Part shown: positions 47,487 through 56,930 of the stretch, one piece after another | Layout of the letters: the number at the start of each line of letters is the position of its first letter | Position numbering within the stretch: the stretch's first letter is position 1 | NCBI GenBank assembly: GCA_043812935.1 | Contig: JBDRLO010000059.1 | Coordinates: forward strand, 929-64,928 | Origin: Candidatus Omnitrophota bacterium | GTDB taxonomy: Bacteria > Omnitrophota > Gorgyraeia > Tantalellales > Tantalellaceae | Length of the DNA stretch: 64,000 nt | Reading direction: 5' to 3' | Program-made: the position numbers and the translations under genes | Notes under the pieces: model-generated | Database searches by the model: none | Told to the model about the DNA's origin: nothing | What the model saw: the letters and a program-made list of their open reading frames with translations, nothing else

Positions 47487-50400
47487 TTACGCATACTTTA
47501 TCATTTCTCTGATATTCCGATTTAACTCAATTAAAAGGTCATGGTCAAGTTCCCGGCACTCCGGCAAGACAAAAACTATTTCTCTCATAAAATCTTGTAT
47601 AGTTTTAATGTCTTCCGATGGGTCTAAATTTTTACCAGTTATCAATTTATACACTTCATACAAACGCTCAAGATTATTCGAATGCAACGCGCGAAGCGCC
47701 AAGATAATACCTTCCACTTGTACAAAACTTTTTTCATCTACTCTGAATGCAAGCGCTTTTGTTCCCAGTTCCTTTTCAATCCGTTTGTTAACACCCGTAT
47801 CAGGCGCAGCCACATCAAAATCAACTTCAATACCTTTTTCCTTATAATACTTTCTCAGCCTTTTCATTTCTTTTGTCAATTCCTCAATAAAATCCACAGT
47901 ATTGCTCCCCTCTAGCCGTACTATTTTTTCTTTATATTTATCCTTACGCGTTTCCTGCTCGAGTTCCTGCACCATTTGTTTTTGAAGTTCACCGGGAATA
48001 ATTGAATCCGCGATAATGTGACAAAGTACTCGTTCTTTCTTGATACCCGAAGTAAGTTCAAGGTTCTTCATCGGATTAAATTCAAGATCTTTCATGAATA
48101 TTTTTTCAGAAATTTGTTTTATTTTATCTCTTCTTTTTCGTTTATTTTTTTTCGTAATTTTAACTTCATGCCAGCTCTCTCCCCTTGCCGCTACATGCCC
48201 GCAAAATGCTGTAATATCAGGATGGTACTTTGAAAAAAAATCACTAATTCTTCCAAGCAAATTATGCCCATTATTTACAATTTTATCGACATAAGCTTCA
48301 GCAATATAAGCATATTCACCTTCTGACACATTTTCCGGGATATAGCCAAGGCTTTCTCCTTTTTTTACTCTCTCCTTTTCATTACTGTTTAATAACCAAT
48401 AAGTTGTGAAAGCAACAATTTTATTTTTGAAATCTTTTGCTACGATTAAAAGCTTTTTTTCTGCCAAACCCGCACAATAATTTATAAAAAACTCTTCTCT
48501 CGAAACTCCAAACTCCATATAAAAATAATTATTATCAGGTATCCCCGGACCATTCTCATTCATTTCTATAATCTTTTCCGCAATTTCCTTTATCTCTGAT
48601 TCATCGGGCACGCAAACCAAATACTCTTCTTCATTCTTGTGCTCTTTTATTTCCCGCACTAATAAAAATTCATTCGCAGTAAATGACGGATCTTTTCCGT
48701 TTCTCGGAAACGTTATCTCTTCATCTAATGTAATCGAACTGAATCCTGCACGTTTAATCGCTCTTTTCATGCCCTCACAATTGGACCAATACTGCTCATC
48801 TGTTGATAGCAAAATCTTACTAACTCCTCTTTTACGCACCTCTCCCTCAAACCCATCCAGCACCTTCTTCAGAAACTGGTCATAATCCAGATTAAGTCCA
48901 GGCACAGGCTGTATGCCAGTCAATACCCATACAAGATCTTCTCCCAGTTTTCTTTCAGCAACATAGATATAACCATCTATCCTTTTTGATCCTTCGATCA
49001 ATATCCTGTATAAATAAAAATCTTTTTCATAAATAGCTTCTTCATTCTTCCCGATACAATCATATACCACACTTGAATAATTAAGATCTATTTTTTGCTT
49101 TGCAGGAACCAGCCGGATATATACCTCTCGTACAGTTTCTGTCTTTACCTTCTCCATTTCTCTATCAACATCTGCTATTGCTTTATTATTACGGTAAAAC
49201 TCTTTTATAATATCCCATTTTTTTGGCGAGATAATATCCGCGTCAGGATTTATATCTAAAATTGCTGATTTTATTACGTCCAAATACCTGTCAGTATAAA
49301 TATTATTTAAAAGCTCCATCATACTGTAACGCTCTTTGGGCGATGAAGCATCACTATACGAATTGATAAGTTTATGTTCGCCACCACCAATACGTTCCTT
49401 CACAATAATTGCTAATACCAGAATGCCAAACATTTGTCTGATATTATTACGAAATTCGGATTTGTTTTCGTGAAAATATACCGCTATCCTGCCAGTGAGC
49501 GCTTTCAAATATGATAACGTTAAAACGTCATCTTTAAATATGTCTTCAACTGAACTAAGATTATATTTTTTCAGGAAATCCCCATTTAGCGGATTAATAA
49601 TAGATTTGTTGTATACACATAATCCGCTAGCTTTAATTAGTTTCGGCAAAGCCTCTTTCCAAAAAACATTATCACGATCTGATTCTGTATTCTGAGTTTC
49701 CTGTTTTAACTGATTTTTCTCTGACTTATTTTTTGCATTGTAACCACAAAATTCAAACAATTTCGTCAATGCCTCATTACACGAAATCCTCCCACTATTT
49801 AGCAATACCATGAGAGTTTCATGATAATGCCTAATAATTCCTTTGTTTATTGGCGCCCCTGTATACATTATCTCACGCATACTGAAAGGAGGCACTTTGC
49901 TCAAATTCTGCGGCATAGCCGGCAGTTTCTCAGACAAAAGAAGGCGGTTTTTAAATGTATCATAATCAAGAGATTTAGTATCTTTATCCGATATTCTCGC
50001 GCCTCTTACAATCGCATACGCAAGAAGCATTTCTATTTCATTTGTTGTATTAATATCTTTTCTAGCAAATAGAATATCATCTCTTATCCTGTTATATTCA
50101 TATATTCGCTTTTGAATATCTTCATTATGCGCAATAAGATTTTGCGTTAAGTACGGCTGAAAAATAAATTCTGTTATATTTTCTTTTTCCATAAGACGAT
50201 TAAATAATTCGAGAAGCAATTTACCTCTAGCTGCTCCCGGGTCACTCTTTATAATATACGGCAAGACATATACTCCCAACATCTGATAATTTGGGTTTCT
50301 CGCTTTTCGTTTTAAATGCCGGATCAAATGGGTGTATTTTTTCACCAAAGCTACATTCTTTACTTTCGACTCTATTGCAAGATTTATTGCCTCATCTAAT

Positions 50401-52856
50401 TTAGGTATTCTCCACAATTGCACCATACGCTCATTTGCCGAGGTTGTTATCATTATATTTTCATCCACGTCTATACATGTATTTATACGTTTGACCCAAC
50501 CCGTGTCGCCCTTTAATGCGATTGTCCGCACTCTAGTCTTTCTTTTCCACACCTCTTTATCCATTCTCCACAACCGTACTGTCATATCGTTTGACATACT
50601 CGTTACTATTAGATTCCCTTCTCCATCCATATACGTATTTACATAGTTAACCCAATCCGCATGCCCTTTTAATACTATTTCCCGCAAATTACCTATCGCA
50701 TCTATTCTCCACAACCGTACAGTATTATCCCTTGACGCGCTAGTTACTGTTATGTTTCCTTCTCCATTTATGCTGGTATCTGTATAGCTGACCAAACCAA
50801 TATTCCCCCTCAATATTATCACCCGCACATTTCCCTTCTGATCTTTGTTCCAAACTTCTCTGTCTATTTTCCATAATCGTACTGTCGTATCTTTTGACCC
50901 GCTCGTTACTGTTAGATTTCCTTCTCCATCCATATGCGTATTTATATGATACACCCAATCAGTATGCCCATTTAATACTACTTTCCGCACGTCAACCTCT
51001 TTACCGCTCTGCCACATATTTTTATCTATTCTCCACAACCATACCGTTTTACCAAATGAACTACTCGTTACTATTATGTTTCCTTCTCCATCTATTTGTG
51101 TATTTATATGCCTCGCCTCGATACTATGCCCCTTTAGTACTATCGTACACACCTTACCCGCTTCCTTATCTACTCTCCATAAGCGTACTGTTTCATCAAG
51201 TGACCCGCTTGTTACTATTATGTTTCCTTTTTCGTCTATGTATGTATTTATATGATTGACTGCACCAGTATGTCCCTTTAATTCTACCGTCCGCACCTTA
51301 CCCGCTTGATCTATTTTCCACAAGCGTACCGTATTGTCATGTGAACCACTCGTTATTGTTATATTTCCAGCTTCGTCTATATGAGTATAGGTACGGCAAA
51401 CCAAACCAGTGTGCCCTTTCGCACCGCCTAATACCATTGTCAATGCTTTACCTTCTTTATTTATCCGCCACAAACGTATTGTCTTATCATGCGAACCGCT
51501 CGTTACAACTATATTTTTATCACGGTCTATGTGAGTGTTTACATGCTCGACAACGTCAGTATGCCCCTTTAATACTTTCTGGATTCGGTCTTTTTCTTTC
51601 AACTCGCATTCAGTCCAAATAGCATTTTCTACATTTTCCCACACGGCATTATAAGTCTCTCTTCCTACATCCTTCACCTCCTCAAAGGAAACCTCCCCGG
51701 TTTTCTCCCATTGAACCTTACTCATTTTTGGAGTAACAGTAAAAGAATCCATTTCCATCGAAGAAACCACAGGCCCTGTTAAATCCGAATCCAAAACTGA
51801 AAGAGAAAGAACTCCGTTAGTTTTGTCTTTTTTCCGGGTTTCTTCTTTACTAAAATCACCAAAAGAATAATCTCTATCACGCCGCGCGTCCATATCAACA
51901 AATCGGCATTCGGATAAATCAATAGCCCAGTTTGAAACAATTTTGAGCCTGGCAATTATTTTCCTGGGACAAAATTCCTCATCCTTATTCTTCCAATAAG
52001 TATATTCTCTACAAATCACATCTTTAACGTCTTTGCTGTCATTAATTGAGGTGGGGATTCCCAATTTTGCTAATATCTCATGAATAATGGCAAGTTCCAA
52101 TTCTATCGGCTTCTTTCGAGCTTTAACATGAATTGCCCGATTAGAAACATGATCTATTTCCTCGGCAGGTACATGGTCATACCCTACAACTTTAAATATT
52201 GCCCTCTTGTTCGCAAAATCCGAAATATCAGCTACCATAGAACTTTTTGAAGCGTCCGGACTAATTTCAAAAGTTTCTTCTATTTCTTTAAAAAAGTTAA
52301 GAACATTTCCTATCGGCTCGCTGAAAAAACTAAGCACAACTCTTCCCTTGGCAGAAGCATCACTATCATCAGTTATTGTTTTTAAACTAGAGAGAAAAGC
52401 ATCTTTCTTTTCCTGATGCTTAAGATATATTTTCATTTCACGAATAGTATAGACATGCACATCAAAGTTACAATCACCATTTGTAGGATTCAAACCTTCG
52501 TCTACATAGGCAATATATTTCGCTCCGCTCACCCAACACGGAATTAGATATCCGCCTAATTTCTTATGAGAGACTCGTTTATTAAAGCCTAAAATGATAG
52601 GTTTTTTATCCAAAAATGTTTCGCGCGCAGAAACAGCATTACACAAAAGAGTTTCGTCTGTCTTTAGTTCTCTAATTAAAGCTATCTTTATCAATTTTTC
52701 ATCCGGCAAACGATCAAAGATGGATTGAACACCTAACGTATTAGAATTATAGCCATAGTCATACGCCCACACAAAACTGTTAATTAAAAACAGGCACGCT
52801 ACAACCATTACTAAGGCCTTTAGCCAAATACTATATTTATTTTTATAGTCATTCAT
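47487..52856 (-). CDS. Giant secreted multidomain protein (1,789 aa) with an eight-blade WD40-like propeller; function unknown
   Basis: Signal/anchor IWLKALVMVVACLFLINSFVWA-YD. Eight repeats of KGHTxxVxxxNTxxDxxGNIxVTSGSxDxTVRLWRID (aa 428-817). Long C-terminal region with two weak GNAT-like segments. No Walker A motif. Confidence 0.85.
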   Translation of the reverse strand: MNDYKNKYSIWLKALVMVVACLFLINSFVWAYDYGYNSNTLGVQSIFDRLPDEKLIKIALIRELKTDETLLCNAVSARETFLDKKPIILGFNKRVSHKKLGGYLIPCWVSGAKYIAYVDEGLNPTNGDCNFDVHVYTIREMKIYLKHQEKKDAFLSSLKTITDDSDASAKGRVVLSFFSEPIGNVLNFFKEIEETFEISPDASKSSMVADISDFANKRAIFKVVGYDHVPAEEIDHVSNRAIHVKARKKPIELELAIIHEILAKLGIPTSINDSKDVKDVICREYTYWKNKDEEFCPRKIIARLKIVSNWAIDLSECRFVDMDARRDRDYSFGDFSKEETRKKDKTNGVLSLSVLDSDLTGPVVSSMEMDSFTVTPKMSKVQWEKTGEVSFEEVKDVGRETYNAVWENVENAIWTECELKEKDRIQKVLKGHTDVVEHVNTHIDRDKNIVVTSGSHDKTIRLWRINKEGKALTMVLGGAKGHTGLVCRTYTHIDEAGNITITSGSHDNTVRLWKIDQAGKVRTVELKGHTGAVNHINTYIDEKGNIIVTSGSLDETVRLWRVDKEAGKVCTIVLKGHSIEARHINTQIDGEGNIIVTSSSFGKTVWLWRIDKNMWQSGKEVDVRKVVLNGHTDWVYHINTHMDGEGNLTVTSGSKDTTVRLWKIDREVWNKDQKGNVRVIILRGNIGLVSYTDTSINGEGNITVTSASRDNTVRLWRIDAIGNLREIVLKGHADWVNYVNTYMDGEGNLIVTSMSNDMTVRLWRMDKEVWKRKTRVRTIALKGDTGWVKRINTCIDVDENIMITTSANERMVQLWRIPKLDEAINLAIESKVKNVALVKKYTHLIRHLKRKARNPNYQMLGVYVLPYIIKSDPGAARGKLLLELFNRLMEKENITEFIFQPYLTQNLIAHNEDIQKRIYEYNRIRDDILFARKDINTTNEIEMLLAYAIVRGARISDKDTKSLDYDTFKNRLLLSEKLPAMPQNLSKVPPFSMREIMYTGAPINKGIIRHYHETLMVLLNSGRISCNEALTKLFEFCGYNAKNKSEKNQLKQETQNTESDRDNVFWKEALPKLIKASGLCVYNKSIINPLNGDFLKKYNLSSVEDIFKDDVLTLSYLKALTGRIAVYFHENKSEFRNNIRQMFGILVLAIIVKERIGGGEHKLINSYSDASSPKERYSMMELLNNIYTDRYLDVIKSAILDINPDADIISPKKWDIIKEFYRNNKAIADVDREMEKVKTETVREVYIRLVPAKQKIDLNYSSVVYDCIGKNEEAIYEKDFYLYRILIEGSKRIDGYIYVAERKLGEDLVWVLTGIQPVPGLNLDYDQFLKKVLDGFEGEVRKRGVSKILLSTDEQYWSNCEGMKRAIKRAGFSSITLDEEITFPRNGKDPSFTANEFLLVREIKEHKNEEEYLVCVPDESEIKEIAEKIIEMNENGPGIPDNNYFYMEFGVSREEFFINYCAGLAEKKLLIVAKDFKNKIVAFTTYWLLNSNEKERVKKGESLGYIPENVSEGEYAYIAEAYVDKIVNNGHNLLGRISDFFSKYHPDITAFCGHVAARGESWHEVKITKKNKRKRRDKIKQISEKIFMKDLEFNPMKNLELTSGIKKERVLCHIIADSIIPGELQKQMVQELEQETRKDKYKEKIVRLEGSNTVDFIEELTKEMKRLRKYYKEKGIEVDFDVAAPDTGVNKRIEKELGTKALAFRVDEKSFVQVEGIILALRALHSNNLERLYEVYKLITGKNLDPSEDIKTIQDFMREIVFVLPECRELDHDLLIELNRNIREMIKYA

Positions 52857-52935
52857 GTATGTTCAATTACTTTCCCGCATTATTTGGTTACCTATTGTAA
52901 AAATAATAGCAATAATATAAATCTAAGCTTAGGTC

Positions 52936-52964
52936 ATATTAACACAAAACCTTCATTAGTTCAA
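52936..52964 (-). promoter_or_regulatory. Candidate promoter of the giant WD40 gene (extended -10)
   Basis: Minus strand TTGAAC (52964-52959), 17-nt spacer ending in TGT, TAATAT (52941-52936), about 80 nt upstream of ATG 52856. Confidence 0.4.
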
Positions 52965-53139
52965 CAAACAGATAGTTGGCTTTTTTCTTCTCAACCAACT
53001 TAACATATTTAAAATAAAGAGGTTACATGCAAAATTCGAGTGTTATGACAGATACAGCGATCAGTTTCTATGCTTTTGTGAATTTTTTTAGGACAATGTG
53101 TATAAAAATGAAGTGTCTCTTTAGCAACAAACATAAATT

Positions 53140-53160
53140 TCTCCCTTTGAAAAAGGGAGA
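53140..53160 (-). terminator. Candidate terminator hairpin upstream of the giant gene
   Basis: tctcccttt gaa aaagggaga, a 9-bp perfect stem. On the minus strand it is followed by AAUUUAUGUUUGUU. About 150 nt downstream of the zinc-ribbon gene. Confidence 0.3.
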
Positions 53161-53306
53161 TTAAGAAGGATTTCTTTTAATTTAAAAATCCCTCCACCTT
53201 TTCCAAAGGGTGTTTGCACAGCTATTCCATTAGCTAAATGATCACAAAACAAACTGCGGTTACTTCTATCGCGGGATATTTGAAATTAGAAAAGGGAGCC
53301 CAAAGA

Positions 53307-53618
53307 TTATCGTTTTATATTTTTAATTGACTCTAATTGCGAATTATACCTGTCCAAAGTGCTTAACCCGTTTTTCATATCTTTTATCATGTCTTTCGAA
53401 GAACTTACTATTTCCTTTAATTCCTGAAAAAATATTTTTATATTAGTAATAATAAGCGTTGCTTCCTGCCGGTAAAAAAATGCGGTGCTTATCAGCAATA
53501 TTACAAGCACAATTTTAAAAACTCTGCCGATCCAAAGGCCTTTTATCTTTTTACGGCAAAACCTGCAATATATCGCCTCATCCTTTATTTCCTCACTACA
53601 AAACGGACATTTTTTCAT
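53307..53618 (-). CDS. Zinc-ribbon membrane protein, unknown function
   Basis: 103 aa. CPFC...CRFC ribbon, one TM (VFKIVLVILLISTAFF), helical tail. Confidence 0.6.
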   Translation of the reverse strand: MKKCPFCSEEIKDEAIYCRFCRKKIKGLWIGRVFKIVLVILLISTAFFYRQEATLIITNIKIFFQELKEIVSSSKDMIKDMKNGLSTLDRYNSQLESIKNIKR

Positions 53619-53629
53619 CTCTTAATCCT

Positions 53630-54391
53630 TTATTTTTTCCAGACAAATTTCGTTATCCTTTCAGGGCAGTCGTATACACAATCCATGCACAAAATACATT
53701 CTTCTTTAGTATAATCCGCACTATCTTTTATCGCTCCCATACGGCATTTTATTTTACAAATATCGCAATTCACACACGTGGATATTTTTCTTTTTAATAA
53801 TGAAAATTTTGAAAAAAATGCGTAAATCGCGCCCAAAGGACATAATGACCTGCACCATAACCGGGGAATAAAAAATGCCGAAACATAAATCAATAAAAAA
53901 AGTATACCGGTAATTACAATACCTGGCACATCCGTTATTTTATTCCGCACGAACAAAACAAACCTGCTCATGTTTACCAACGGATCAAAAAACCAAACCA
54001 TTCCGCCGCCCATTAAAGAGCTGACAAAAACAACCCCAAGCACAAAAAACTTAGCATATCTAAGCTTGCCGGTACGATTATCGGAAACATTTTTATTCTT
54101 TTTTCTGATTAGCGACGCGCTGTCAATAAAAGTTCCCAAAGGACATATCCATCCGCAAAAAAATCTTCCTAAAACTAAAGTTAAAAATATCATAATCAAT
54201 GAAACTGCTAAACGGGGCGAAAATATTTTTTCGCTGATTGAAAGAAAAACCGTAAGGTTAGGATTAATTGCAGAAAAAAACGAAGAAGACAAAAGACGGC
54301 TGAAAGGATACATCGCTGAATATACAAATAAGACAAAAAATATGAGTTGTGAAATTCTTCTTAAAACAACAAGTTTTTTCATGCCCCTCAT
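53630..54391 (-). CDS. NapH/MauN-like polytopic 4Fe-4S binding protein
   Basis: 253 aa. Membrane CxxxCP motifs (CGWICPLG, CRSLCPLG) and two ferredoxin motifs (CVNCDICKIKC, CILCMDCVYDCP). Confidence 0.75.
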   Translation of the reverse strand: MRGMKKLVVLRRISQLIFFVLFVYSAMYPFSRLLSSSFFSAINPNLTVFLSISEKIFSPRLAVSLIMIFLTLVLGRFFCGWICPLGTFIDSASLIRKKNKNVSDNRTGKLRYAKFFVLGVVFVSSLMGGGMVWFFDPLVNMSRFVLFVRNKITDVPGIVITGILFLLIYVSAFFIPRLWCRSLCPLGAIYAFFSKFSLLKRKISTCVNCDICKIKCRMGAIKDSADYTKEECILCMDCVYDCPERITKFVWKK

Positions 54392-54424
54392 TTCTCAATA
54401 AATATGTATATATATCGAAAACTA

Positions 54425-55690
54425 TTATTTACAATACTTAACTGGAAGTTTCTTGACCGCCGCAACTCCTTCTTCTATAGCGGTTTCAGCCACGCGTCTG
54501 GATTCCCAGTCCAATATTCTGGGATCAAACGGTGTAGGAATAATATAATCAGGGCCAAACTTAAAATCGCGGCCGTAAGCTTTTTTTACTTCTTCAGGGA
54601 TATCTGTTTCCCTTGCTAAATCTGCTAATGCAGAAGACGCCGCGCGTTTCATATTCATTGTAATTCTATTTGCTCTTACATCAAGCGCTCCGCGGAAAAT
54701 AAATGGAAAACCTAAAACATTGTTAACCTGGTTAGGATAATCCGAACGGCCCGTTGCCATAATAAACTTACGTCCTTTCATACATCTATTAACAAGTTCG
54801 GGTTTTATTTCAGGCGAAGGGTTTGCCATAGCAAAAATCGCGGGATAATCCGCCATTGATAGAACCATTTCTTCCGTAACACAATCGGCAACTGACACAC
54901 CGATAAATACGTCCGCGTCTCTCATGGCATCTTTAAGCGACCGTTTAGGAGTCTCTATTGCGTGTTTTCTTTTATATTTATTAAGGCCTTCCCTGTCCTC
55001 GCTGACAATTCCTTTGGAATCACACAAAATACAATTCACAGCACCTTCAGCTTTTATCATTTCAGTTATCCTGATTCCGGCGGCACCGGCGCCGTTTATT
55101 ACCACAAGTATATCTTTCATATTTTTGCCTGAAAGTATACAATAATTTTTAAGCGCTGCAAGCGTAATAATAGCCGTCCCCCACTGATCATCATGAAACA
55201 CAGGTATATCCAAGATTTCATCTAACCTGTCTTCTATTTCAAAACAAGCCGGAGCCGCGATATCTTCAAGGTTTATTCCGCCGTATATACCCGAAATTTT
55301 GACGGCCGCGTCAATAAAAGCATCAACGTTTGTATATCCATTTTTATCAGCAACATTTTCAATAGTAACCGGCCACGCGTCAACGCCGGCAAAAGCTTTA
55401 AATAAAACAGCTTTTCCTTCCATAACCGGAATAGAAGCTTTCGCTCCAATGTTTCCCAACCCAAGAACAGCGGTTCCATCCGTTATAACCGCGACAAGAT
55501 TTCCTTTAGCAGTCAAAGAATACGCTAAACTTTCATCATCTTTGATAGCTTCGCATATTTTTGAAACTCCCGGCGTATATGCCATGCTAAGATCTTTTTG
55601 ATTAACAAGTTTCTTTGTAAGTCCCAACGCAATTTTTCCGCCAAGATGATATTCAAAAATCTCTTCTTTTGTAATTCTATTTTTGTCCAT
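54425..55690 (-). CDS. maeB: NAD(P)-dependent malic enzyme
   Basis: 421 aa. Typical short malic enzyme (AYTPGVS, VITDGTAVLGLGNIG, INGAGAAG). No PTA domain. Confidence 0.9.
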   Translation of the reverse strand: MDKNRITKEEIFEYHLGGKIALGLTKKLVNQKDLSMAYTPGVSKICEAIKDDESLAYSLTAKGNLVAVITDGTAVLGLGNIGAKASIPVMEGKAVLFKAFAGVDAWPVTIENVADKNGYTNVDAFIDAAVKISGIYGGINLEDIAAPACFEIEDRLDEILDIPVFHDDQWGTAIITLAALKNYCILSGKNMKDILVVINGAGAAGIRITEMIKAEGAVNCILCDSKGIVSEDREGLNKYKRKHAIETPKRSLKDAMRDADVFIGVSVADCVTEEMVLSMADYPAIFAMANPSPEIKPELVNRCMKGRKFIMATGRSDYPNQVNNVLGFPFIFRGALDVRANRITMNMKRAASSALADLARETDIPEEVKKAYGRDFKFGPDYIIPTPFDPRILDWESRRVAETAIEEGVAAVKKLPVKYCK

Positions 55691-55760
55691 TATTCATTAT
55701 TCCTCCGGTTTCAAGATATGGTTACTTTGCACGCAAATAACCAGCCAACTGACGCACCGG

Positions 55761-56033
55761 TTAACCATTTCTATACGCGCAATTTGGGCGCAATGTATCA
55801 TTTTTTATGTGTTCGCGAATTGAAACACAATTAAAAACTCTTCCGGAAACTGTTTTTTGCCGGCCAAAACGTTTATCATAAACTTTGCAAATCCAAATTT
55901 CCCGGCCTTTAATTTTCTCCAAATTCTCACACGGATCATCAAGCGCACCGCAACACTCACCGCATCTTTTGCAGCGAGCTTCAAACTCTCTTTCTAGGCT
56001 GTTCTCATATTCTTTGTATTTTTCAGAATCCAT
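55761..56033 (-). CDS. YkgJ-type CxxCxxCC cysteine-cluster protein
   Basis: 90 aa. Contains CKRCGECC. Confidence 0.65.
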   Translation of the reverse strand: MDSEKYKEYENSLEREFEARCKRCGECCGALDDPCENLEKIKGREIWICKVYDKRFGRQKTVSGRVFNCVSIREHIKNDTLRPNCAYRNG

Positions 56034-56043
56034 TTTGCAAATT

Positions 56044-56280
56044 CTATTTTCGTCTTAACAAACGCCGCGTAACCTGGCCGACAAGCACAACAACATAAAA
56101 AATAAGAACAAAAAACAATATCCCTGCCAAAATTGACAGCAATATCGAACTTATGCCAATAATCAAAGGCCATGTAAAAGATACAATGCTTAATAGAATA
56201 AGAGAAAAAACTATAACAACGAATCCAATAAAAAAATTTTTTAATATTTCCATTTTCACTCCTCCCCTTAATGAGGCCAT
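56044..56280 (-). CDS. Small hydrophobic membrane protein, unknown
   Basis: Two predicted TM helices with an RRLLRRK tail. True start is possibly MEILKNF (56253). Confidence 0.45.
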   Translation of the reverse strand: MASLRGGVKMEILKNFFIGFVVIVFSLILLSIVSFTWPLIIGISSILLSILAGILFFVLIFYVVVLVGQVTRRLLRRK

Positions 56281-56395
56281 GATTTACACAACTGTACGCT
56301 GTAGGGGCGAGGCATGTCCCGCTCCTATCTAATCGAATTAACCTCGAAACCCTCTTATGGGCGGGAGGTTTTATCGTCTATTACGCTCACCGGAA

Positions 56396-56522
56396 TGGAC
56401 AGGCACGGGGGCCTGTCCCTACATATTTATTTCCGGGTGCCGGACAGGCGCAGGGGCCTGTCCCTACATGTTTATTTCTGGGTGCCGGACCAGGCGGGTA
56501 CATAGCAAGGCCTGTCTCTACA
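56396..56522 (-). repeat. Three REP-like units (45-nt period) with a different linker
   Basis: Units at 56396-56422 and 56441-56467, plus a degenerate unit at 56486-56522. Linker is atrtttatttcygggtgc. All end in CTAC on the plus strand. Confidence 0.85.
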
Positions 56523-56539
56523 ATTTCATCACGTAAACA

Positions 56540-56929
56540 TTAATCTGATATTAACGCCTGTATTTCATCCGCGCTCATATCGCTTTTTCTCAAAAAACAC
56601 ACTCCAATATTATAGGATTTGCCCGGATCCCCTTCCGCTATCCTGACCACTCTTCCAAAAACCCCGTTTTTATGAATTACCAGGTCATCTTCGATTTCTT
56701 CACATACATTCATCAATTTCTGGTCAAGTTCTATCCATACTATGCTCGAAAGCGCCGGAATGGAAGATTCGCTTGAAGTATTAAACAAAAGCCCGCAAGC
56801 ACTGATATTACGCGCCTGAATGTCAGACTTACCGGCAAATTTTTCGCCCTTTAACACTTTAAAATTTAATTGAGTATCATAATCTACCCTAAGAAACTCG
56901 CGTCTTTCATCTCTGTTTTCAGACTGCAT
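56540..56929 (-). CDS. PilZ-domain c-di-GMP receptor
   Basis: 129 aa. Canonical RRxxxR (RREFLR) and [DN]xSxxG (NISACG) motifs. Confidence 0.85.
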   Translation of the reverse strand: MQSENRDERREFLRVDYDTQLNFKVLKGEKFAGKSDIQARNISACGLLFNTSSESSIPALSSIVWIELDQKLMNVCEEIEDDLVIHKNGVFGRVVRIAEGDPGKSYNIGVCFLRKSDMSADEIQALISD

Positions 56930-56930
56930 A

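Noticed and set aside
50406-51575. Repeated DNA in the WD40 region as template/variable repeats of a diversity-generating retroelement.
   Set aside because: The repeats are in-frame structural blades of one ORF. No reverse transcriptase gene is in the window, and no separate non-coding template copy exists.
47487-52856. The giant WD40 protein as a STAND/NACHT-type (Avs-like) defence NTPase or a kinase-WD40 protein.
   Set aside because: No Walker A (GxxxxGK[ST]) and no HRD/DFG kinase motifs occur anywhere in the 1,789 aa. The propeller is central rather than C-terminal. An N-terminal signal peptide argues for export.
53027-53164. A plus-strand 45-aa ORF with a good SD (AAGAGG-5 nt-ATG), considered as a real divergent gene.
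   Set aside because: It is too short and unconserved to call from this sequence alone, and its 3' end is the hairpin at 53140-53160. It is kept only as a note in the finding on the giant gene flanks.
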